DNA of 60,119 nucleotides, filler included, from Sphacelaria rigidula (GCA_964200075.2; 7 parts of 7 records of this genome joined end to end with filler, not necessarily neighbours in it), one strand, 5' to 3'. Shown: positions 37,024-51,055, counted from the whole stretch's first letter. Notes: generated from the letters alone by a model not told the origin. Program-made: numbers and translations.

Positions 37024-37370
37024 GTACATCATACGGGACTTCAAAGTCTTCACCCATACACTGTAGTAGTAGTGGTTTTCCGTTCGAACCCCCTTCACAC
37101 GGGAACGTGCCGGCACACGCCATCGAACCCTGTAGCCAACAGCTAACGATAACAAGCCTTTGGAAGGGGTAAATAAATATGTGATACTTGAGCCAGTGCC
37201 CCCCGTGAATTGAGATCAAGACGACACATAGCCTCGAAAGCTGAAATTGAGTCGGTTTGGGGAAATGAGGAGGCGGGGAGGTGGGGAGGTGGCGGGGTTC
37301 ATAACTTCAGTGCACAATGTGCTGACATTCCCACACACATACGCACGTTATTTTCTCGCATACCAGGCGT

Positions 37371-37733
37371 GAGCCGGTCGCCCCGATGGCTCGGTTGGTA
37401 ACCTCGAAACCCTCTGACGGTTGGGTCGTGAGTTCGACTCACGGAGAGAGGTAGGTTTTTTCTCACACAATGCCCAGCAGTGGAAAGCGGCTGTGTCGTG
37501 AGTACACAAAATTCGACTTCATGGTCGACGAGGGGAAGGGACTGCTGAAACCATCTCGCGATAAAAAATAGAAAAGCAAGCGCCGCAGAAGAAAGGTGTG
37601 GCACTGAAAACAAACAAAACATAAAAACTCCTGTGTTGACCTTCCTCCTGTGTGACCCCGGTCGGTGCGCCCACATAATACGCCGAAAGGTGGAGACCGG
37701 CGTCCAGAATAGATGGGACAACAACACACACAT
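37371..37733 (+). mobile_element. Full-length (CA)n-tailed tRNA-derived SINE
   Basis: Colinear with 29107-29465; A-box TGGCTCGGTTGG and B-box GAGTTCGACTC. Confidence 0.88.
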
Positions 37734-39191
37734 ACACGTTACACAGTGACTTCACCAATCCCTTCCCCACGAGGTTGTGATTCAAACCCTGACTCGTTTC
37801 GCTATTCTCGTGCCTCACCCTGTGAAGGCGGCGGGGATGGGGGGGGGGTACTAATGATCATGCATGCCATAGTCATAAGACCGTTGACCTCGCATCCCTA
37901 GAAAGCCGGGACGGAGCACGCCGGGTTTTCGGGGAGGGGGGGGGGGGGGGTGGTCCAGGGAATGTCGTGCTATCCCAAAGTGCATGTGGTTGTGCTCCAG
38001 TCAAGACTAACTACTTGTAGTCCAAAGTACTTGAGTACGAACTACGGAACAAAAATTTATTCAGAGTACAGGCATTCAAGTCACTGAGCTTTCTTGGGCT
38101 CACTGATCACTTGGGTCAAATATAGCCTGTCTTATCCACTTGAATACATTATGGTCAGTATATATCGGAGGCAATAGCCAAGTTGATTTTGGCTACAGTA
38201 TACCAAATTACGTGGGTTTAGTGTGCCTTGTATCAGAGTTTCTAGAATTTAGTATGGGTCCACAATCACTCGGATCACGTATGGTCTGTCTTAATCACTT
38301 GACTGCAGTATCGTCGGTATATATGCAAGACAAAAGACAAAAGTATTATACAATATGAGGGCACGAATGCTTACACACCTGAGCTTACAAATACACTACT
38401 TGAGTTACTGCAAGTGTAGGCACTAGTGACTCACATTAATCATGGCCGGTATTAATCCCTTGACCAGAGTATGGGCGTTCTATATCCAGGACAACAGGTA
38501 TATCTACTGGACTAAAGACTATAAGAAACCAAGATACCTGTTTTCTTTTCGAGTGTTTACGTATTACTTTGGTTTAATGTGGGAAAATCGGGCACACGAG
38601 GAGGGGGCAATGGTGTCCGGAATTCCAGTACACTGGCCCCACATGTGTCTCTCGAGTTCTCCCCACCTTTTCACAATGGCGACACCGGTGAGATAAATCT
38701 GGCCACTTGATGAGCAGGAAGTCTAGAGGTCGAATCCCAGCCCACCCATTGCGGTAGATGAGCGAAAGTCTGCCAACCTAGCGAGTGATGGAAAGTAAGA
38801 AAGATAGCAGGGGCAAGCAAGCAGAGTTGACTAATTCACGAAGAAATCATACACGGAGATTATTGACTTCCGAGACAAGCAGCGAACAGTGGAGTGGCTC
38901 GAAATATCCTTCCTGCCCACCAGAGAGAAGGAATACACCCCAATCCTCTTCTAAGAGCGCCTTCGCTCGAAGTACCCCGTAAAAAGGACGGTAATATAGA
39001 TACTACCCTATAGAAGGGGTAAATCACCGAATTTGTCTGTCGAGGATGCCTCCCCTTTTAAGTTTTCAACCTCTAGGTTTACCCCGTTCCCCGTGCGGTT
39101 GCTTCTCCCAGAAGCCTTTGTTGGTCGCCGTTAGTTGCGTACCTTGTTCACGGATAAAAAGAGCAACGCATGCGTGATGCCCAATGCTCAG

Positions 39192-41270
39192 ACACCACCA
39201 TCAGCCGCGGAAGCGAAGAAATATCCACCACTGCTTAGACTCGGCGCAAGTGTATCGGCTACAACGGGGGAGAACGCTCGATGGGGTTCATTGCGACCGC
39301 TGCTTGCTCGGAAGCGAAACTCTCGGGGTACACCCCTCTGCCATGCCCCTTACGGCTACCGGTAAGGTCAATGGCGTTCGGTTTCCAAGTCCGCAGAACA
39401 TGACACATAGGCACATATTCGTAAGTTGATGATTGCTGTGCCGCAGGGGACATTGCCCCGCTGTAATTTGCGCGAGATTGGCGAGGTGGGCGATGTAATC
39501 AAGGACTATAGTGCACAGTAGTGCGGAGGTGAAGGGAGAGGTCCCTGTGCAAGGTGTGAGGAACGGGCTTTGACATACTGAACAATTTTGGCGGGGGAAG
39601 ACGATGAATAGTCTTGTCGCTTCTCGTTTTCTTGGGGAGATTCGCTTCCATAGCAGATTTCACGTGACAGGAGCTCAAAACTTGGGGGAAAGGTTGGGCA
39701 CCTTCCCAGGCCCATTATCATCCATTATCATTCAATTTTGATAAGATCAGCCCGGCTAATGCAAATTCGAAAGAGCATTTTTTCTTCCAATTTGGTGTCA
39801 AGAATGCGTCGGTAGGAGCGATTTTCGAGTCAAGTTCCGGTGCTCTGTCATTCCGAAATGGAGCACTTTTCGACGTCAATGCCATACTCCGAGCGGTTTT
39901 TGAGGGTCTACATGTGTAGACACACGTCATATGACGCACATGCGTTCGTTCAAGACTCCCGCGCGATATACCGACACAGCATATACACGCATATTACTCG
40001 TCTCCCGCCTTTTATTTTGGTGGGTTCCTCTTACAGAAACAACGGTCAGCATGTGCGACGGTGGGTGCTCCACTGCCGCTCGATCGCCCAAGATAGAGTC
40101 TTCAGGAAAACTCTCGAAGAAAAAGAAAAGGTAGGATAAGCAGAACTAACGTTATGCGATCAAATCTTGTCAACGTGATGTCATCTCATAAGGGAGCGTC
40201 CACGCGCGTCTTCCAGGCCCACGATTTGTCGACTCACTCTTAATTATCGTCCACATGTATTCTGCGCGACGTAGACACCAGTGTCGACCCTGTTGTTTAT
40301 CGTGATCACCCCACAGTATTCCATCGCCATGGCGTATTGTGTCGTCATCATCATACGCCGCTGGCGCAAGTGGTCCCGTCGGATGGCAGGACTCCGCAGG
40401 CTGTCCGATCAGCAAGCAGCAAGAGGTGCACTGCGGCGTTGGAGGCATGTGATGAGGGTTGAAGCTTTGTTACTGCTGTTGCGCCGCGGCTTGATACGTG
40501 AAGCATGGTACGATTGGAGGATGCAGGCGGAAGACGGTATCACCATGCAAGCGGGAAGTGATTTCTACTCGCTCACACTCATCGCTAAGGTGAGGGACGG
40601 CCCGATGCCGGGACCGCCGCCGCCGGTCTTCATGAGGTAATGTGGGGAAAGTGTACCCTATCATCTTGGCATTATAGTGGGCGCGCTCACATGAAGGAAG
40701 TGTGCGCGCGCAAATCCCTGTCTGGTGTTTCTTTTTCATGTGAAGAACATATGTTGCCTACATAAACATTACTTTTGTGTATTGCTGAATACATGAGGTA
40801 TGCGCATATTACGCCAATGCTCCCTTGATCAGGGGCATGGGAAGTTGGATCCGAAGTCCGATCGTCCGACTTCCGTGCGTACTGTCACGGTGGGGTGCAG
40901 GCTTTGGTTGACAAATCGAAGCAGGTACGCACACCTCAATTGGTTCGAGGACCACTGAACCAGCTCTCGCAACCTCGAAACAGTTTAGGACAAGCGAATC
41001 AGGCATCATGTTCAACGCTGGAGACGGTTGCTTACCAGTTCATCATCGACCTTGCGAAAGGTTTTTGGCTTCTCTTCCTCGAACAGAGCGAGTGCACTGT
41101 CTCGGCATGACGCTCGTTTGTCCGGCGATGACGGACCTCGCAGCGGTTGTAGTTGGCGAGTCGAAACCGGTGTTGCCTCGAGCACAAGGTGTGCAGTGTT
41201 GAGTTTGAAGGTTGCCCGAATTAGGCGCGACTTGAGGGAATCTTGCACGATTGTGCAAGACTCCATCTAG
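39192..41270 (+). CDS. Trp/Arg-rich helical protein, possibly Sfi1-like (exons 39192-39361, 40037-40130, 40317-40589, possible 40901-40924, 40989-41270)
   Basis: GT-AG sites with matching phases (2, 0, 0, 0); recurring VRRW, IRRWRKW, LRRWRH, AWYDWR and VQRWRR motifs. Confidence 0.6.
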
Positions 41271-41884
41271 GATATCATACTCATCTGGGATATCCACTTA
41301 AGTTCTCGCACCCATCCAGGGTGTAGATGTCCCTCTGATGTCCATCTGGGAGATTAGATCAATCTGGGACATCCCCCCGGGATATGGATATCTATCCGGG
41401 ATATCCACATCCTGATGGAGCTTACACGATAGTTCAAATCGGCGGACTAGGGTGCAGGTAGGTGTTGAGTACATGGTGCTGTGCGAACTGGCTGTGCTGT
41501 CCGCACTGTCTGCGTGCACAAGCAGCCAGCAGGCGGGTGCAGAGCGTGGATTGGCCAGCTGGTGCTACGTACTATTGCTACTAAACAACTTCATTCAACG
41601 CTCAGTACTCGCCTTCGAAGCTGCAAGTCGGTTGCACGATGGGGCTGTGGTACTGGATAGTGCAGGGGGTATGGGGAAGAATTACACTCTCATTTGATGG
41701 TTCGACCTTAATCTGACGACTCAAGTCCAAAGCCGGACCTTCAAGTTGGAAATCGAGCCTTGAAAGTCTAGGTCTCAAGTTGAAGACCCCGCGCTCAAAT
41801 CGAAGGCCGACGCGTTGGAGTTAAGAGTCGGAGGTACAACTGAACGGGAGCTGACTCTTAATTTGAGCCTCCGGATCTTCATGC

Positions 41885-42000
41885 TAAACCGCAGACTCTG
41901 AACGTGAACCTCTGACCCTCATGTTGAACCGCAGACTCTCGACTTGAACTTCCGACCCTCATGCTGAACTGCAGACACTTAACTTGAAGCTTCCACTTGA
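41885..42000. repeat. About 40-bp minisatellite, 3 copies
   Basis: AAC(C/T)GCAGAC.CT...TGAAC...GACCCTCATG repeated. Confidence 0.7.
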
Positions 42001-42821
42001 ATTCGTTACAATGAAGGATCGTGCAAAAAGGGCACCTGAGGGCGCTTCTGTAGCTTTGATAGTGCGAACATTTCCACCGCGTTTTGTTTACTAGCCACAA
42101 GATGGTGTTGCCACTCAAAGTTGGTGCAGGTAGTATTGCAGGTTGCACATTCAACGAGCATTCTTCTGTCTGTATCTGGTATACTTGCGTCACAAGTAGA
42201 AGGACGAGCACTCAGGGTCTGGAGTGTTCAGAGAGTGGCAGCCCAGTGTCGTATCACGAAACAGTTGCATATCCGCACTCCCGCACTGTACAGTACCTGC
42301 GAATAACCCTTGACACTAAGCCGCTGACGTATCCCATTCATTCTGCTTGTAACGAACTCCGTTCGCGCGTATCTTGTGTCGCATGTCCTATGCCATATAT
42401 ATATATATATATACATACAGGGGGCTATAGGGAAAATATTTCGGGACACGTAGGCCCCAAGATCAAAAACTTGAGTTTTTGAGGGGGGGGGGGGGGTGCA
42501 CACGACCTGCTGTCCCCTAGTTTATTGCCGAGACGTTGGCGGATGCAGTCAGCTGTCGTGTACAGAGATCCTTGGCATGGAGACCGCTGAGATGGCGAAC
42601 ACGCCACGCTCTCCAAGCTGATCACTTACCATGACTGCATTTATGGGATCATGTTTCGTGTCGTGTGCCTCGAGTACCTACCAGTAGTCCGGGCAAGTTT
42701 GGCGACGCGTGAGATATTGTTGCTACTTTCGCTACAGGCTGTCGCTACCGTGCGCTCGTGCACATACCTGTGTGTGTGAGTGGCCGGCATCCGAGGCCAT
42801 TGGGACAGAGCGGGCAAGGAG

Positions 42822-42915
42822 GACACTTTCTACGATAGCCCCCCCCCCCCAAACCAGCTGAAAGTGTCACGAAAAAATGGCCATACAGCGCCTGATGTTC
42901 GGGTTCAGGCTGTAT
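42822..42915. mobile_element. End of a TIR element GACACTTTCTACGATAGCCCC (other ends at 43095-43119 and 60048-60119)
   Basis: Same terminal sequence near three contig ends. Confidence 0.7.
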
Positions 42916-44338
42916 NNNNNNNNNNNNNNNNNNNNNNNNNNNNNNNNNNNNNNNNNNNNTTAATTAATTAANNNNNNNNNNNNNNNNNNNNNNNNNNNNN
43001 NNNNNNNNNNNNNNNTCCTACTCCTAATAGAGACACCTCCAACATTCTGGCGCTCATGACTTTCCTTCCGTAGCTCATTACGTTTCACCTTCGTGGGGGG
43101 GGCTATCGTAGAAAGTGTCCCCTCTGGAGTTGACATAAACAGATCCTCTGGAGGGCATCTGATGCTCCAGTGACTTCTGAGGTCTGAATACCCTGTAGGG
43201 GTGTTTCATCCCTCTAGAATAGACATCAACGAATCCTTTGGAGGGCATCTGATGCTCCAGTGAGTACTCCTCGAGTTTTCCGAATCAGTCCGACATATAC
43301 ATGACCATCTCGCTGCTGCTGTGAAATGCATACGCCAGCAATCTTGCGGTATATTATCTCCCGCCGCGTCCACAGACCAAACCATGCAAACCCCGCACAA
43401 CACTTATTTCCAGCTACCACCATAACCCTGCAGGAAAGAGCAGGGGTTAGGCACAGGCGCGGCGGCGGAAGCACGCGGGGTACATAGGGTGCGGGGAATG
43501 ACCAGCTTACTCCCTACACACTCGAGTGATCATGGACAGTTCAGCCATAGACAAAGCTGCGCACGCTGTTCAAGTCATTTGCACGTCTCACTGTGAACAG
43601 AACACAGATATAGTCCCGCGCTGTCTGTACTGTACTTTGTCCGCTTCCCTTTCACGTCTTACTGACGGCGGTTGTGCGCATGCTGCAAGAATACGCGTCG
43701 TGGTCTATACTGCAGTAGCTGACGGTATATGACACCCCCATGCACCCAAAGTTACAGGCATCCACTCTTCATAGCCATACGTAGCCCATATGCCACATTA
43801 TAACTCTGCAGTATATTGCATCGTACGTGTATAAGCACGATATATGGTACTGTCCTGTACGGTATTGTACAGTCTAGTATACAGCACCAAACCGCGTGCT
43901 TATTCTCGTTGTGATCGTCATATCAAAGTACATGCATGAAAAAAAAGTTTTGCGGTTTTCATTCTGTTCGCATACCATGGACTACGGGGTTTTGAGAACC
44001 TATATCAATACAATAGCGAGGCATTTCTACTCAGTGCACCATATACCCACTGGCTAAAGCTGTATAGCGCGGCCGTGTGAACATGCAGCCGTATGTGGGA
44101 CTTGAACAGCAGAGGCTGCTCGCAAATAAGTCTTTCTTTTGCCCAATTACAGGATAAAACAATGGGCAACAGGAATATTTTTTTCGGACAGATTTTGCTT
44201 CACAGATTCCACCCACCAGTGTATATGGGATTTGTACAGCCTATGCTGTTCGAAATAAATCCTTTGCTTTATGCCCGACGTTGGGCATGAAGGATTTATT
44301 TCGAACAGCAGAGGTTGTCCAAATTGCGTTTTCCATAG

Positions 44339-44590
44339 GAGTGATGCTACGGTAGGGTTGCACTTTTTGTTTCTGGGTCTCGTTTTTGTAGGAGCTCAAA
44401 TATATGGAGTTTACTGTGCAACCCAAATCTCCGGGGACAGGACATGGAGATGCACACAGGGATCTTTTCGTGAATCGGCATCATTTTCAGTCTTTTCCAA
44501 GTGAAAATGATGCCGGTTCTGAAAATGATCCGTGCAACACCCCGAGAAACATTTTCGCTCAAAATGTGCAACCCTACCGTAGCATCACTC
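44339..44590. mobile_element. Sola2-like MITE; another end at about 34188-34215
   Basis: TIR GAGTGATGCTACGGTAGGGTTGCAC, GAG..CTC termini, 4-bp TSD ATAG. Confidence 0.8.
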
Positions 44591-45316
44591 ATAGCATGCG
44601 CGTGCCTTACAAAACAATCCAAACGATTTCGATACTGACGCAGACCTTCGAGGGAGACCCCAACCTTGAGAACCCTCTAGAGGATTACAAATGCCCAATA
44701 TCCTCTGGAGGGCATTTTAAAAACGGACGCTAGGTAGGGTTTCGTTTTCCAAAATCCTCTACAGGTAGCCGAATGGCCGAGTGTGTAGTTTCGGTAAAGA
44801 TTCGAGTACTACTAACTGATCGCGGAAATCGCGGCGGCGGCGTAAGTGACCAGGGCGGTCAGAACGATGTAGTAAATCATCGTGGACGAAAAATTTGCTC
44901 ATACTCGATTTCGATTGTTGGGCTGGGACAGGAGCTGGGTTAGGCTCGAGAAGATATTCCAAATATTGATTGAGTTCATTTTCTGTTGTTCGAGTAATAT
45001 CACTGAATCAACAGTAGGAAAAACAGATACTGCACTCGAAAATAATTCACAGTCGCTTCCCACGGGTACTATATCGTCTAAGTTATAGGCGGATACTTCG
45101 TATTCTCTAGGTGCAGGGGGATGAAATGTTGTATTTTCTGGTACATTCCGACAGATTGCTGCTAACCTAGATTCAGAAGATATTTCTTGGCCGTTTACTT
45201 CTTTGAAAAGAGGAGACAGTGAGTCGGGTACGATATTCAATTTTCCTGGGACATGCTTGACAGTGAAATCGAAATTGTGAAGTGCGATAGCCCAACGTGT
45301 CAACATGTTAGATGTA

Positions 45317-45609
45317 CACGGGTGGCCACTGGGATCTGTAACCTGGCCATTTTGGTACCTTATCCACCTTTGGTAAGATCCGCGGATTAGGTGGACAACT
45401 GAAGAGCATTCGCACAGCATGGACAGGTTCGAAACAAAGCGTGTTCCAGTCTACGGGGGAGTCACCCGCCTATAGACTGGGACATGATTTGTTTTGAACC
45501 TGTCCATGCTGTGCGAATGCTCTTCAGTTGTCTACCCAATCCGCGAACCTTACTAAAGGTGGATAAGGTCTCAAAATGGCCAGGTTACAGACCCCAGTGG
45601 CCACCCGTG
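45317..45609. mobile_element. Foldback MITE (about 137-bp arms, TA TSD) inside the gypsy RNase H
   Basis: CACGGGTGGCCACTGGG...CCCAGTGGCCACCCGTG; removing it and one TA restores MQDTSNMLTRW. Confidence 0.93.
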
Positions 45610-47492
45610 TATCTTGCATGTTATACAAGTATGTAAGAGGTTGATGGTCTGTATGACACGTGACATTTTGACCCCACAAATATGGTCTCCAGTGTACAAA
45701 AGAGCAGACAACAGCAAGACATTTTTTTATAGTTGGGCTGTAATGGCGTTGGCTTTTAGAAACGCGTTCGCTATAATACCCCACTATATCGATTTCTTTA
45801 CCGTCGACACTATCCTTGCGTGGCTGAGCTAAAAAACCGCCTACGCCAATGTCGGAAGAATCGGTATGAACTACAAATTCTCTCGAAAAATCAGGAAAGG
45901 GTAGGACAGGGACAGAAGCTAGCACTTGTTTAATTTTCGTAGAGGCTGCGTCTTGTGCTGTACCCCAAGCTCTCTTAAAATTTCTTTCAGGGGCAAATTC
46001 TTTGCGAGTTAGATCAACGAGTGGTGCTGTGATGTCAGCATAATCTTTGACAAACGCCGGACAAAATTGTGCATGCCCAAAACTGATCTGAGATCTTTGA
46101 TGCATGTTGGCGTGGGCAGCTTTTGGGTGGCTCCTATGCGATTGTTGCTGGCATAAACTTCTTTCGCAGAAATAATGTGTCCGAAGTTATTCAATTACTT
46201 TCTATCCGAATTGAATTCTCGATGGTTTTAGAGTCAAGCCTACTGCTTGAAGGACTGAAATTTTTTTATCCAATGATTGAAGATGATTTTCAAATGTGGA
46301 ACTGATACAAATTAAATCATCCATGTATGACAGAACACCAGATTCGGGGCCAAGATGACCCAGAGCCATTGACATCATATGTTGGAAAGCCAAGGTGGAT
46401 TGCATACTCCAAAAGGCATACGCTTAAAACAGTACTTGCCGTTTGGTGTGACGAATGCAGTCCGGTCTACATGTTCTTCGGCCACTGGAATTCGTCAGAT
46501 TGCGCTGAGGACATCGCATGCAGTAATGTATACAGCTTCACCCACTGCGCCAAGGCAAGATTCAAGATTTGGCATGGGTCAACTCTTGCGGACAATATGG
46601 CGGTTAAGAGTGTGACGATAATCGACGCAGAACCGTGGACTACCATTGTGTTTAGCTACAATGGTAGATGGGCTACCCCACGAGCTTGGTCTTTTTTCAT
46701 TAATATCCCAATCCAGCATTTCCTTGACACATTTGTCAATTACTGCGGAAGCACGTGGGTTCGGGCGATGAAGAGGTCTGTCTACAGGACGAGTATCAGG
46801 GGGGAGAGGAAAAGTTGCCTCTGTAATAGTACAACGACCTAATTCTGACATAGACATAAAAAAACCAGGTCGAAATTTAGCACACAAATTTAGAGCAGAC
46901 GCCTGTTGGTCGGTGGTACGCGTTGTCGTTGAAAGTGCTTTGGATAAAGGACCTTACAGTTCTGATCTTGCATGCTTGACTTCTTGGGCTGTCTGTGGAG
47001 TTCTGACGACTGCACTGACATTGATTTGTTTTGGAGTTGTGACTGTAACTGTGAACAGGAGTCCGAGACATAGTCCTGCATGCAGAGCTACATCATCTGT
47101 AGATGGGTTGGCTATTTGTACAGTTACAGACCTATCCGATGCTCTCCACGTAGAGAGAGTGCGGGCTATCACAATATTCTCGAATGGTATCAGTTGTGGG
47201 CCATTTGAAAATGCATCCTCAGTTATTATTCGCGGCTCGATTAGTACTGTACAGTCTTCAGGTGGAAGATAATCTGTAAACCTACTGCAAGAGCTTCGTG
47301 CATTTGTTTTAAATTTACACGTTCACACAGAGTAACCTTAATTGCCTCAGCATTGCCATTGACGGTAGCTACAGATTTCGAGGAGAAATTTGGTGCTGTA
47401 GGATAGGCACTAGTGTGACGTTGTGTAGCAGTATTTTCGCCATGAATAGCTGGGATTGACAGACCCGTTGATGTGAAAGAAAGTGTTTGATT

Positions 47493-47690
47493 AGAGAGTT
47501 TCGGAAAACGCTTTTTGTCATTTCAGAGTGCAAAAATTTCAGGATCAGAGCGCAAAATAAAAAAAACAGATCACCGAAAAAAATTGAGGCGGTACCGCAT
47601 TTGACGGAGGGGGAAATAATTTATCGCTACAATCTGATTTTGCGATATTTGCACTCTAAAATGACAAAAAAGCGTTTTCCGAAACTCTAT
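47493..47690. mobile_element. MITE (about 42-bp TIR, 3-bp TSD ATT) at the end of the gypsy protease region
   Basis: AGAGTTTCGGAAAACGCTTTTTGTCATT / AATGACAAAAAAGCGTTTTCCGAAACTCT; removal restores FGAILNWGNQTLSF. Confidence 0.88.
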
Positions 47691-49721
47691 ATTTCCCCAA
47701 TTTAATATTGCTCCAAATTCAGACATGACTTGGTTGTCTAGAAGTATAGAATCAGGTCCAAGTGATGCAACAGCAAGTGCGGTAACTGTACGAGTGACTC
47801 CACCTAGAGTCAGAGAAAACTCGATGAAGCCTAAAACATTCATTCATTGGTGAACCGTCCGCTGCGCTCAATGAAAAAGCAGCAGTTGCAACAGGTTTGA
47901 GTGGCATGTTTCGCATTGTACGGTGGGTTCTCAGCCATCCTAGTGAAACAATAGACACGTCAGTAGCAATGTCGATAGTCACGTCATCAACGTGACGGTC
48001 ATCGACGTATTCGGCAACACGGACACGTCGTGACGAAAAAGAGAGAGATACAGATTTGGGTTTATGGATCAGCGAAGATTTGAACCAAATTTTTTCATTA
48101 TGTTTATTTTCCTTCGTACACACTTTTTCTGCTTGAAAACACTCCCGACTTTGCCTACTGATAGACTCAAGTAATCTGCCGGGAAAAGCTACACGCTTCA
48201 GCGATTTACAAACCGTAGTTGTGGAAACATCAACGGTATTTTCTAACGAAGGGACACTCAAATCATGTACTCTTTTGACTCCTCTCTTTGTATCCTGCGT
48301 ACAGTCACGAACACAAGGTATGACATACTGTTGATTTCGAACACGAACACGGGGCACAACTGAAAAACTGGTGCCAACTGCTACTGACGTGGAGAGGGAC
48401 TTTGTCCTCTTCACGTCTTTCCTGTGTGAATCAGGAGACAACCCAACTATATCGGACGCCACAACAGCTGGGCAACACCATTCACCTTCGCTACCTGTAC
48501 TATCTTTATTATTAGACACAGGACGCTTAGCTGAACTATTCGCTCTCTTGTTCTTGTTCTGTTGCAGCTGCTGTTGTTGGAGTTCATACCGTTGCCTCTT
48601 AAAACACAGTTCTTGTGCAGTGCGGGCGCCCCTTCCGTTCTTCTTCGCTAGAAGAAGTAGGTTGGTCATTGTGGTTGGCTTTCGCTTTTACTTTGAAAGA
48701 TTGGTGGCGTTGGTTGTTCTTCTTATGGTAGGCGTTATAACCCTTTGAAGCAGCATCATCAGCGAGGTGTCGTTGAGCAAATGCGCAGCGGTTGGGTATG
48801 TGTGTGAATGATAATGCATTGGTTGTGGCACCATCGACGAGAATAGCAGCCTCGTGGCGTCTAGCACGATCTACAGCCTCACGGAAAGAGGTGACCGGCT
48901 TTTCTGACAGTTGAAGGCATTGAACGGCTGGTGCGAGGCCATTTTGCCACGAAATGACAGAGATGGCAGCCCAGGGCGTGCGGCCAGGGGTTGCTCTATC
49001 AACAGATCTCTCGACACGTGTCAAGACAGAACGAAAACGAAGAGCGTAGTTTTGGACAGATTCCTTTTTTTCCATCTTGAACGAAGCGAGACGAAGAGCG
49101 CACTCTTCGACACTGTTACTAGGCATCAAAGTATCTAGTACAGCATTCTACAGTTCTTTCCAGTTGGAAGGGGGAGTAAACGAACCGGCTGTATCATTGG
49201 TGTCGATGTCTATGACAGATGTCTGTCAATTGATGCATCCCGACATTACTTGTTGATACATTGTGACAGCTGGACCATCCAAAATAAGACTGAAATACTC
49301 AACAGCGAGTTGGTCAGCATATTCTGGGTCCTTTGGTCTGACAGATTGAGCGCGAAATCCTGCAACCGTGCGATATTGATTTAGTACAGACTGTACACCT
49401 ACATCGCTCGCATTGTCAATATCTATACTACCAGATAATCGAGGCAAGCGTTTAACATCTGCTTGAGTCAATGTGACAGTTTTCGGTCTGGACAGTATTT
49501 TAGGATAGGACAACTGCTGGACAAAATTCTCGGTTGTGCCTGAGGGCGCCGAAATTGATGATACACTAGAATTACTATGTCTACTGGACGCGGTTAGACT
49601 TGCCAGTGTGTTCATTATTTGCAGTCCCCATTCCGGGATGTCCTCTCCCGGCCCGCGGCTGTCCAGGAGATCATTCAGCTTGGTTTGCAGTTTTTCGATG
49701 GTCATCTGCATGTTCGTGTAG

Positions 49722-50858
49722 ACTCTAGTCACGAATGTTACCTAAGGTTGGGGACATTGTGTACGTGGAGGTGCGGGCCTGATTGCCGGACTCTGTGATG
49801 GGTGGCCTCCTTGACGAGAGAGCCCGGCTTTGCTGCTCTGGTAGAGAGAGGCTATGGTCCTGTTCTCCTGTACTATGCTAAGGGCTAATATATGAATAAC
49901 TGAAGCTGTTGAAGACCATGTGCCCGTGATGGGAGGAGTCCACACGGCAATCTGATCTTGAGTGACAGAAGTCTATAATGAACGTTCATGAAGTCCGCTG
50001 ATGGCGGTAGTTCCGCTGAAAAGCAGCTGACATTTCAAGATAGGGAAATCTGCAGGCCTGATCAGTTTGCAGCAAACAAGACCAGCTCAAGGCGAGTTAA
50101 CGTCGCGAGGAGTTGGAGAAGTAGAGCCGAGGAGGTTCTGAGGCAGTGCTAGGGTGGGCTGTGGTATCGCTCGTGCGAGAGGTGCGGGGGGTTGACCGAC
50201 AGCTGGCGAGCCCGTGTACGTGCCAGAAAAGCGGCGGAATTACTGTCTGGTGGAGCCAGCGAGAGTTGCTTGTTCCACGCGTGGCCAGGTACGGTCAGGA
50301 AAAGGAGTCTAAGGACTTCAAACACGTGGTGAGACTTGCGTAAGGAAGAGGCGCTGTGGCTATTGTCGTTTGGTGGCCAAGAGCGTCTTGGTGTAAGGAG
50401 AGAGTTGTTGTTCCTGTGAGTGGGAGGCGACTCCGTTTTTAAAAAAGGCGGTGTTGAGTGCTGTACTGCTGACCGTAATGTACGAGGTGCAGGAGTATGT
50501 CGCGGTGGACAGCCATGTTGTCCTATCAGGCACCAATGATGTCTGAGTTTGTCAAGCTTTGATGTAACTACTTATTGGTAGTAGAGAGCTTTGGGGGTGC
50601 TGTTAACTCTAGTCACCATTGTTACCTAAGGTTGGGGACATTGTGTACGTGGAGGTGCGGGCCTGATTGCCGGACTCTGTGATGGTTGGCCTCCTTGACG
50701 AGAGAGCCCGGTTTTGCTACTCTGGTAGAGAGAGGCTATGGTCCTGTTCTCCTGTACTATGCTGAGGGCTAATATATGAATAACTGAAGCTGCTGAAGTC
50801 CATGTGCCCATGATGGGAGGAGTCCACACGGCAATCTGATCTTGAGTGACAGAAGTCT
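49722..50858. repeat. 253-bp direct duplication (49722-49974, 50606-50858) flanking a 631-bp insert
   Basis: Near-identical copies, about nine substitutions by eye. Confidence 0.92.
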
Positions 50859-51055
50859 GTTTTCGTCGTCGTTGATGAGGACGTTTCCGATGGAGTAGAA
50901 GGAGTGTTCTGCTTTTTTTCTTCAGTACCTCTTTCGACAGTGGAATTCGAGTCGACGTTGTTGGATACGTCAACATTTTCACTCGTAGGCATGTTTTATT
51001 CAAGATCAGATCCTCAGATCGTGCAGACTGACAAGACAGGTTCGATTCTAAAGTA

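Noticed and set aside
42822-43119. Single TIR element spanning the gap
   Set aside because: Ends lie on different contigs and flanks differ (GGAG versus CCCT).
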